NCBI GenBank assembly: GCA_964651405.1
Contig: CAZYZB010000002.1
Location: 1-41,565 of the forward strand
Source: an uncultured archaeon
Lineage (GTDB): Archaea; Aenigmatarchaeota; Aenigmatarchaeia; Aenigmatarchaeales; Aenigmatarchaeaceae
DNA: 41,565 bases
Reading direction: 5' to 3'
In this document: piece after piece, positions 34,740 to 40,941 of the stretch
Layout: each line of letters starts with the position of its first letter
How positions within the stretch are numbered: the first letter of the stretch is position 1
Notes under the pieces: generated by a model
What the model was told of the DNA's origin: nothing
Database searches by the model: none
The model's input: the letters and a program-made list of their open reading frames with translations, nothing else
Program-made: the position numbers and the translations under genes

Positions 34740-35102
34740 TTAAACATATGCACAAATATTTTTGTTCGTGTAATTGTTGAATATACATTTACAACCAGTA
34801 GGTGTTTTGGTTCGCATTGCACATGCTGGAGAAGCAGATGAGCATCTTGTGTTAATTTCATTATCAATCAACGCATATTTACTCATGTCAGTATTCTTAT
34901 TCACGCATGCTCCACAAGGTAAGTTAGGAGCATAAATACAATCAGAATTAACATTGCAACTAAAGTCTATCTTATAATATTCATTGTCGAGAAAATTATA
35001 AAGCTCGCCACAAGATTTGAACGTCAAAGTGTTTAGGTAAATATACAGAATCAAAATCAAAACAGCGATAACTGCAATTCCAGCAATGTAAAGTTTCTTC
35101 AT
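34740..35102 (-). CDS. Secreted/anchored Cys-rich small protein
   Basis: 120 aa. N-terminal hydrophobic helix, then about 12 Cys. The ATG abuts R3 and the stop is 3 nt from R2. Confidence 0.55.
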   Translation of the reverse strand: MKKLYIAGIAVIAVLILILYIYLNTLTFKSCGELYNFLDNEYYKIDFSCNVNSDCIYAPNLPCGACVNKNTDMSKYALIDNEINTRCSSASPACAMRTKTPTGCKCIFNNYTNKNICAYV

Positions 35103-35130
35103 AATAAAGAATTGTAAAAACTAAGATTTA
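35103..35130 (+). repeat. Cassette-site copy R3
   Basis: AATAAAGAATTGTAAAAACTAAGATTTA. Confidence 0.8.
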
Positions 35131-35164
35131 TTCATTTCAATGCATTCTTCATTACCAAAAAATA

Positions 35165-35350
35165 TCATCGCTTTCTTTTCGTAGTTTTACAGCAATAACA
35201 GCATTTCAATAAAACATATCCGTAAAATGCGAGTATTGCAGCAATTAATTCAATGATGATTGCTAAATCTGTACTAAATCCCCAGAAAGCTAGTCCATAT
35301 ATCACTATAATGACTGAAATCAAAATTGCAAGATAAAACGATATCTTCAT
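35165..35350 (-). CDS. Small two-helix membrane peptide with CCYCC tail
   Basis: 61 codons from ATG 35348-35350 (MKISFYLAIL...). The track's extra 13 aa are a translation of repeat R4. Confidence 0.5.
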   Translation of the reverse strand: MKISFYLAILISVIIVIYGLAFWGFSTDLAIIIELIAAILAFYGYVLLKCCYCCKTTKRKR

Positions 35351-35381
35351 GATAAAGAATATGGAAAAATCAAGATTTAAA
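35351..35381 (+). repeat. Cassette-site copy R4
   Basis: GATAAAGAATATGGAAAAATCAAGATTTAAA. Confidence 0.8.
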
Positions 35382-35445
35382 GTTCTCAAGTTGACGCATC
35401 TGTCGAAACGCTTAAATCTTTAATTGTTTTATTTTTATCAGTGTT

Positions 35446-36900
35446 TTGATGAGTGTAAGAGAGCATGCCGTAAAGATGGAAAAAAATCAGAAGGAAATAG
35501 GCGTTCTGTACAGTTCTCTACAGGGGAAGGCGAAAAGCGTAAGGGAGCAATACGAGAAGCTGGGAGAATTCATAAGGGTTCTGGATAGCATAGGGAATGT
35601 TATACCTGATGCAACAAAGTACACAGACCCCTTAGAAATACCCGCCGAAAGATTTTTACAGCAAAGTGCGTTTGTCGAGGAAACAAAGCAAAGGCTTTTG
35701 CAGATAGATGGCATCTACGAGACCGTTTTCAAAAACGGGAAGGACACTAGCACGAAGCAGTCTACAGCAAAAGTAGCAGAGCAGCCTGCGGCAAAAACAC
35801 CGAAACGTTCTACAGTGTATCTGGGGAAGGAGAAAAGATTCTTGGAGTTGGTCTCTAGCGGAATAAACACTCCAGATGACTTGATGAAAAATTTGGGAGT
35901 AAGCCAGTCGTATCTCAGCACCATTGGAACAAAACTTGCGGACGAAGGCAAGGTAAATAAAACAAGGCTTGAGGGGAAAAAACTTAGAATTGTATATTCT
36001 ATTCCAGGAAAAATAGGCGCGTCTGCAGCGACGTCCGTACCAACAGAAGAGCCGATGAAAATGTTTGACTATGAGTCATGGCTTAAAAGAATAGAAGGGG
36101 ATGTGGACTTGTCCAACCTTACGGTCATGGGAAGCGGTGGCATCAGGGTGTTGCTGGAAAGGCAGAACACTTCAGATATTGTAAAGATAAGCGAAGCTGC
36201 AAACATGCCCACCGAGAAAGTCGATAAGACGCTGAGGGCCTTCGAGCATGGCAATATTTTATCTGGGCAAGAACTGTCTGATTATGGTAAAAAACTTATC
36301 GGCGTTTACAAAAGCTTGGGCGTTCCAGAAAGAATTGCGTTACATTTGAGTAACAATGCCAAGACTGTGGAAACCATTTCCAGTCTGATGGGTTCAAAGC
36401 CAGAAGAGGTAATGAAAACCCTAGACCAGATGAAAGGTTGTGTGGTGCCCTTAGGCAATGGATACGCGTTTTCCCCGAAATTCTTCAAATTCGTGGACGA
36501 TGCCAGAGCTAAAATAAGAGAGAGTAACGTAAAAAGAAATTCGACGGTGACCGTGGAAGTCAAGGCGACGGCAGAAAGTCCTCAGAATCTTCTTATATTA
36601 AGTCTGGAGAAAAATTTTGGCACGCCCTCTATTAATAGATTGGATTTCAGAAAAAAAGCAGTATGGCAGATGTATGAGAACCTTGCTAAAAAATGCAGCC
36701 CCAAAGAATTGGTTGATCTGAATTCTGCTGTATCAAGAACAATGAAAGAGGAAATGAGCGTAAAGGATTATTACAAAACAATAGAACCATTAAGAAAGAA
36801 GCTTCTTCCAAGATTTTCAGGGAATAGTGACATACACTATAGTTCTAGAATTAATAGAAATATTTATTCTCACAGACAAAGAAGAAATTCTCATAGATGA
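35446..36900 (+). CDS. Large protein with three wHTH-like modules
   Basis: 484 aa (ATG at 35449). HTH-like segments: TPDDLMKNLGVSQSYLSTIGTKLADEGKV, TSDIVKISEAANMPTEKVDKTLRAFE and VETISSLMGSKPEEVMKTLDQM. Confidence 0.5.
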   Translation: MMSVREHAVKMEKNQKEIGVLYSSLQGKAKSVREQYEKLGEFIRVLDSIGNVIPDATKYTDPLEIPAERFLQQSAFVEETKQRLLQIDGIYETVFKNGKDTSTKQSTAKVAEQPAAKTPKRSTVYLGKEKRFLELVSSGINTPDDLMKNLGVSQSYLSTIGTKLADEGKVNKTRLEGKKLRIVYSIPGKIGASAATSVPTEEPMKMFDYESWLKRIEGDVDLSNLTVMGSGGIRVLLERQNTSDIVKISEAANMPTEKVDKTLRAFEHGNILSGQELSDYGKKLIGVYKSLGVPERIALHLSNNAKTVETISSLMGSKPEEVMKTLDQMKGCVVPLGNGYAFSPKFFKFVDDARAKIRESNVKRNSTVTVEVKATAESPQNLLILSLEKNFGTPSINRLDFRKKAVWQMYENLAKKCSPKELVDLNSAVSRTMKEEMSVKDYYKTIEPLRKKLLPRFSGNSDIHYSSRINRNIYSHRQRRNSHR

Positions 36901-37001
36901 TACCATCAGAAAGCAAGTAGTTCAATAATTCAGAGTTGCCTTAGATTCATGTTCTTCAGCATCTCGGATTTATTCATCATCTACAATCCAACCGCCTTCA
37001 C

Positions 37002-37066
37002 GTCCTGCAGAAGGATTTTATTTCCTCCGATTCATTAACTCCGCCGTAGAAAGTAAGCGAAACCAT
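37002..37066 (-). pseudogene. Relic 5' end of an MBL/beta-CASP gene (copy C, frameshifted)
   Basis: MVSLTFYGGVNE, then a 1-nt deletion. Restoring it gives IGGNKILLQD, against the intact IGGNKILLED. ATG 37064-37066 abuts R5. Confidence 0.8.
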
Positions 37067-37095
37067 GATAAAGAATTGTAAAGTCAAGATTTAAA
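37067..37095 (+). repeat. Cassette-site copy R5
   Basis: GATAAAGAATTGTAAAGTCAAGATTTAAA. Confidence 0.8.
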
Positions 37096-37133
37096 CAAAG
37101 AGAATTTAAAGATTTCTTTTTAATTGAATTAAT

Positions 37134-37733
37134 ATGAAAGTAAAAGACTTTTCAAAGGAAATAGTAAAAGCAGCTGTTAACAACGCTGAAGGCAAAACGT
37201 TTAGCCGTTCAAAAGTAGGATTGCTTGCAGTTGCTACTTCGAGTCTAAGCGGGCCATCTATAGAATTTTTCGGCAACCCAATATATCATCTGTCAGGTTT
37301 GCTGACTTACATACCTAACAGGATTTCAGACGTCTACAGCACCTATCAGTTGGCTAAACTGTCTGAAGATCCACGCTTCAAGGAGTACGGCCTTGAGAAA
37401 ATAGTGTATGAGGAAACGAGCTCGTTCTTACCGAAACAGCCTACTAGAAAAGATGTTCTTAACAAGAAGCATGTAGCCTTTAATATCTTAGGTGGAGTAA
37501 TCTCAACTGCTTTCCCTCCTGTAGGTTATGGACTTGTGGTTTCAACACCGTTTATTTATGAAAACAACACTACGTTTAAAAGATATCTAGAAAAATCATT
37601 TGAGATAGGCGATGATGTAAATCAGATGATAGAAAAAGGCCTAACAAAGGATGATATCAAATATTATTTGAATCTTCTGAATGATAGAAGAAAAATATGT
37701 AAAGAGTGTAAAGCTATTCATAAAAAAGATTGA
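37134..37733 (+). CDS. Hypothetical protein
   Basis: 199-aa ORF with no domain recognised. Confidence 0.4.
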   Translation: MKVKDFSKEIVKAAVNNAEGKTFSRSKVGLLAVATSSLSGPSIEFFGNPIYHLSGLLTYIPNRISDVYSTYQLAKLSEDPRFKEYGLEKIVYEETSSFLPKQPTRKDVLNKKHVAFNILGGVISTAFPPVGYGLVVSTPFIYENNTTFKRYLEKSFEIGDDVNQMIEKGLTKDDIKYYLNLLNDRRKICKECKAIHKKD

Positions 37734-37763
37734 ATATTTTTATTGAAACAATTAAAATTCTCA

Positions 37764-37786
37764 TTCAAGTTAACCAGGATTTAAGG
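37764..37786 (+). repeat. Cassette-site copy R6 (partial)
   Basis: ATTCAAGTTAACCAGGATTTAAGG. The right half is conserved. It ends 1 nt before the stop of the SNase gene. Confidence 0.6.
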
Positions 37787-37787
37787 T

Positions 37788-38282
37788 TTAACAGAATTTC
37801 CAAGCCCAATCTTCATTTGCAAATTCGCTAACATTACAAAATTCTTCATACACAGTAACATACTTATTAGAGATCATTTCAGCATTAAGATTTTTGCCGT
37901 TGCAATAAACAACCGCTACTATGCGACCGTAGCTTCCAGCAGTCTGTCCATCATCTTCATCAACTATCGCCTTTGATCCGATGGGGCATATGCTCAAAGC
38001 AATTTCTTTGGTTTCATTCCATCCTTCCTCATTATATTCAGGAGCATCGATCAAAGCAAGCCTTGTTGAAACGTTATCTACCTCCAAAGTATCTCCATCT
38101 ATAATTTCAGTGACGGTTCCGTTAAAGCATCTTGCAGTCCCTTTGCAAAACGAAGTTTCTGGACAACGACTAGGACCTCCTAAAACTTCGGTCCCATCTG
38201 GGCAAACCCATGTAAGTGGAGTAGTTTGCGAGCATCCAGCTACAAGAACTATTAAAATAATGATAGCAACTAAGAATTTCAT
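37788..38282 (-). CDS. Secreted lipoprotein-type staphylococcal-nuclease (SNase) homolog
   Basis: 164 aa. Lipobox-like LVAGCSQ, then IIDGDTLEV...TRLALIDAPE...GSYGRIVAVVY, the SNase pattern. The ATG abuts R7. Confidence 0.75.
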   Translation of the reverse strand: MKFLVAIIILIVLVAGCSQTTPLTWVCPDGTEVLGGPSRCPETSFCKGTARCFNGTVTEIIDGDTLEVDNVSTRLALIDAPEYNEEGWNETKEIALSICPIGSKAIVDEDDGQTAGSYGRIVAVVYCNGKNLNAEMISNKYVTVYEEFCNVSEFANEDWAWKFC

Positions 38283-38312
38283 GATAAAGAATTGTAAAAT
38301 TTAGAATTTAAG
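38283..38312 (+). repeat. Cassette-site copy R7
   Basis: GATAAAGAATTGTAAAATTTAGAATTTAAG. Overlaps the stop codon of 38308..38514. Confidence 0.8.
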
Positions 38313-38514
38313 ATTTTATTTTCCTGTCAATTTTCCTTGCCAAATCATCTGACTGCTCCTCGTCAAAGTACAACTCACCGCAGTTCTTGCACTCTATGCA
38401 TTTCTGATCTTTAATCTTTATCTTGTCAGGATTTCTTCTCTCGAATTCCAGATTCTTTTTAGCAGTCCTTAAATCTTTGCTCCCGCATTCTATGCACTTG
38501 CTCATTTTTTGCAT
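38308..38514 (-). CDS. YgiT/MqsA-type Zn-ribbon protein (antitoxin-like)
   Basis: 68 aa. CIECGS...CKNCGELYFDEEQ. Lies downstream of a toxin-like gene, in the MqsR/MqsA order. Confidence 0.6.
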   Translation of the reverse strand: MQKMSKCIECGSKDLRTAKKNLEFERRNPDKIKIKDQKCIECKNCGELYFDEEQSDDLARKIDRKIKS

Positions 38515-38528
38515 GTAAATCTCCTATT

Positions 38529-38852
38529 TTATAGTTGTCCATCTTCTTTTAAATTCTTTATAGCTTTTTTGTATTCGTCTATGTCAGGCTGCTGACCTGG
38601 GAATATTGTCTTGGCTATTATGTTGTCTTTCTCGTAGACGAACGGAACGGTAACCAGTTTCTTGTTCGTAACCTCGAATATGCATTTGAACGCTCCACAT
38701 TTGTCAGGAATTATTACGCCAAGCCCTTTCAGAGCAATCTCTGTAACATTCTTTCCGTTCTCAAAGCCACATCTGTCAAAAACGCCTTTCAAAATTGCTT
38801 TCTCTATAAAGTGTTTGGTGAATATGACATTCTTCTGGTTTCTATTATACAT
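38529..38852 (-). CDS. Putative toxin partner of the Zn-ribbon protein
   Basis: 107 aa. VIFTKHFIEKAILKG loosely resembles the DUF4258-type signature. Gene order is the main argument. Confidence 0.35.
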   Translation of the reverse strand: MYNRNQKNVIFTKHFIEKAILKGVFDRCGFENGKNVTEIALKGLGVIIPDKCGAFKCIFEVTNKKLVTVPFVYEKDNIIAKTIFPGQQPDIDEYKKAIKNLKEDGQL

Positions 38853-38925
38853 AACTTCATTTAATTTTTAAAATATATTTATGTCAAGTTTACCACTATA
38901 TGCAGTAACAAAAAGAGGTAGTAAG

Positions 38926-39612
38926 ATGATTAAAGCAATAATATTTGATTTGGATAACACTTTGATTGATTTCATGAGAATGAAAAGACTGAGTTGCGAA
39001 GCAGCCATGGACGCTATGATAAAGTCAGGATTGAAAATAGACAAGGAAAAAGGTCTAAAAATCATGTTTCAATTATATTCAGAATATGGTTTTGAATACC
39101 AAAAGATATTCCAAGTCTTCATGAAAAAAGTTCTGGGAAGAATAGATTATGGAATAATGGCTTCTGGCATAGTTGCTTATCGCAGAGTCAAAGAAGGTCT
39201 ACTATATCCTTATCCAAATGTTGTTCCTACGTTAAGCAAACTAAAGAAAAAATACAAGCTAGCTATCCTATCAGACGCACCAAAAATACAGGCGTGGATA
39301 AGATTAGCTGCAATGGGAATCCAAGACAAGTTTGACTTGGTAATAACATTTGACGAAACCATATCCAAGAAACCTAGCAAGAAGCCATTTCTATATCTTT
39401 TGAAAAAACTAAAACTGAAACCAGAAGAATGTGTGATGATAGGAGACTCTTTGAGAAGAGACATTGCTCCTGCCAAGCATTTAGGCTTCAAGACTGTTTT
39501 TGCAAAATATGGTGAAGACAAAGAGAAATCAAGAATTAAGCCTGACTATATAATAAATGATATAAAAGAGTTGTTAAAAATCCAGGATTTAAGTATTTTC
39601 AAAAAAACATAG
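38926..39612 (+). CDS. HAD-superfamily hydrolase
   Basis: ATG at 38926 (MIKAIIFDLDNTLIDF = motif I), LAILSDAP (motif II), K...MIGDSLRRDI (motifs III/IV). The 3' end contains repeat R8. Confidence 0.8.
   Translation: MIKAIIFDLDNTLIDFMRMKRLSCEAAMDAMIKSGLKIDKEKGLKIMFQLYSEYGFEYQKIFQVFMKKVLGRIDYGIMASGIVAYRRVKEGLLYPYPNVVPTLSKLKKKYKLAILSDAPKIQAWIRLAAMGIQDKFDLVITFDETISKKPSKKPFLYLLKKLKLKPEECVMIGDSLRRDIAPAKHLGFKTVFAKYGEDKEKSRIKPDYIINDIKELLKIQDLSIFKKT
39562..39593 (+). repeat. Cassette-site copy R8 (inside the HAD 3' end)
   Basis: ATAAAAGAGTTGTTAAAAATCCAGGATTTAAG, encoding ...IKELLKIQDL. Confidence 0.8.
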
Positions 39613-39666
39613 CTATTTAAATTATCAACTCAAACAATTCTTAATTAAAATAAGGAGAAAATAAAT

Positions 39667-39831
39667 ATGTCATTCGAAAATAGAGGTAGCTTTGATAGAG
39701 CTCCTAGAGAAATGCACAAAGCAGTTTGTTCTGAGTGTGGAAAGGAATGCGAAGTTCCATTCCAACCAACAGAAGGCAAGCCTGTCTTTTGTAGAGATTG
39801 TTTTGCTAAAAAAGCACCAAGAAGATTTTAG
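39667..39831 (+). CDS. CxxC-x17-CxxC zinc-ribbon small protein
   Basis: 54 aa, not in the ORF track: MSFENRGSFDRAPREMHKAVCSECGKECEVPFQPTEGKPVFCRDCFAKKAPRRF. AAGGAG lies 8 nt upstream. Confidence 0.55.
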   Translation: MSFENRGSFDRAPREMHKAVCSECGKECEVPFQPTEGKPVFCRDCFAKKAPRRF

Positions 39832-39905
39832 TAGTTTCTAAGCAATTAGATTACTATTTCATAGCATGAGCTATATCTTTTTCAAGTCAAAAAGAATCAT
39901 GTGAA

Positions 39906-39933
39906 ATAAAATACGAAAAAATCAGGATTTAAG
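39906..39933 (+). repeat. Cassette-site copy R9 (internal deletion in left half)
   Basis: ATAAAATACGAAAAAATCAGGATTTAAG. Confidence 0.7.
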
Positions 39934-39988
39934 ACTTACCACAAGGTTATATTTTCAAAGGTCAATTAATATCAATAAGGCTGAAAAT

Positions 39989-40555
39989 ATGAAATTTATT
40001 GATAAGAAAAATATCAAGTTGGACAAAGTGCCTACATTACTAGACAAATTTGTTGTAGACTTTATAAAAATTCTGCAAAAACACGCAAACTATGTCATAG
40101 TAAGCGGCTATGTGTCAATATTGTTTGGCAGGTCAAGGGCTACAGAGGATATAGACATTTTAGTTGAAAGAATGCCAAAAAAAAGATTTTATAACTTTTA
40201 TTCAAACTTGCAAAAAAGCGGTTATTGGTGTGTAAACATAGAAAACAAGGATGAAATTCTAAAAATATTGCTTGATGGCCTTGCAGTAAGACTTGCTAAA
40301 AAACCAAGAATAATTCCAAATGTCGAATTCAAATTCATAAAAAATGCCATTGAAAAAAATGCCATAAAAACAAGCATAAATGTAATCATGCCTTCTGGAA
40401 AAATAAAAATATCAAACATAGAACTGCAAATAGCATACAAAGAAAAAGTCCTGAAATCAGAAAAGGACCTGGAGGATGCAAGGCATTTGGAAGAGATTTT
40501 TAAGGATGAGATAAGTAATAAATTATTAGGAAAATACAGGAAGATGCTTAAATGA
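39989..40555 (+). CDS. Nucleotidyltransferase-fold (MNT-like) protein
   Basis: 188 aa. SGYVSILFGRSRATEDIDILV fits the GS-x(9-10)-DxD minimal nucleotidyltransferase motif. Confidence 0.5.
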   Translation: MKFIDKKNIKLDKVPTLLDKFVVDFIKILQKHANYVIVSGYVSILFGRSRATEDIDILVERMPKKRFYNFYSNLQKSGYWCVNIENKDEILKILLDGLAVRLAKKPRIIPNVEFKFIKNAIEKNAIKTSINVIMPSGKIKISNIELQIAYKEKVLKSEKDLEDARHLEEIFKDEISNKLLGKYRKMLK

Positions 40556-40713
40556 AAGTGTTTGATAAGGCAAAGAATAGAAAGGAAAGAATGGAATTTG
40601 TAAAAACTTGGGCAGTGTATGTTAGAACCCATTCTGACAGGGACTGGAGCAGACAGCAAAAAGTGGTTGTGGATTCGCAATTAAAGAATTTGATCAGCCC
40701 GAACAGGAAATAA
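40552..40713 (+). CDS. Small ORF coupled to the nucleotidyltransferase gene
   Basis: 53 codons. The ATG overlaps the upstream TGA (ATGA). No domain. Confidence 0.3.
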   Translation: MKVFDKAKNRKERMEFVKTWAVYVRTHSDRDWSRQQKVVVDSQLKNLISPNRK

Positions 40714-40744
40714 AATTCTTATAATTCAAAATGAAATAAACATT

Positions 40745-40922
40745 ATGATTAAAGCCATTATCTTCGACTTGGACAACACTTTGATCTCATGAAAAAAGGC
40801 TGAGCTGCGAAGCAGCCATGAAAGCCATGATTTCTGCTGGAAAGTAGACAAGGAAAAAGCGAGCGTCAAGCCGGATTACATCATAAACAATATAAAAGAA
40901 TTGTTAAAAATCAGGATTTAAG
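40745..40922 (+). pseudogene. Decayed second HAD hydrolase gene (5' ~115 bp + 3' ~55 bp, large internal deletion)
   Basis: MIKAIIFDLDNTLI..., then frameshifts, then ...KPDYIINNIKELLKIRI-stop. Aligns to both ends of 38926..39612 at roughly 80 percent identity by eye. Confidence 0.8.
40892..40922 (+). repeat. Cassette-site copy R10 (inside the HAD pseudogene 3' end)
   Basis: ATAAAAGAATTGTTAAAAATCAGGATTTAAG. Confidence 0.85.
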
Positions 40923-40941
40923 AATTACAATTTTTTAAATT

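Noticed and set aside
35351-35389. N-terminal extensions of track ORFs 35165..35389 (MRTLNLDFSIFFI) and 33690..33935.
   Set aside because: The extra codons are simply translations of repeat R4 and of the MBL relic plus flanking DNA. Internal ATGs at 35350 and 33890 fit the repeat-ATG architecture and the paralog alignment.
36930-36980. C/D-box sRNA-like layout on the minus strand: ATGATGA-N14-CTGA-N5-ATGAATC-N10-CTGA.
   Set aside because: Guide spacers are 14 and 10 nt instead of about 12. The C' box is weak and there is no terminal stem. The sequence lies in the decayed MBL relic, where GATGATGA can be coding residue.
33656-40922. Could the 11 ~30-bp direct repeats be a CRISPR array?
   Set aside because: Spacing is irregular (about 250-1700 bp rather than 30-40 bp). 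The intervals contain full genes. The repeat copies are degenerate. No cas genes or leader are present.
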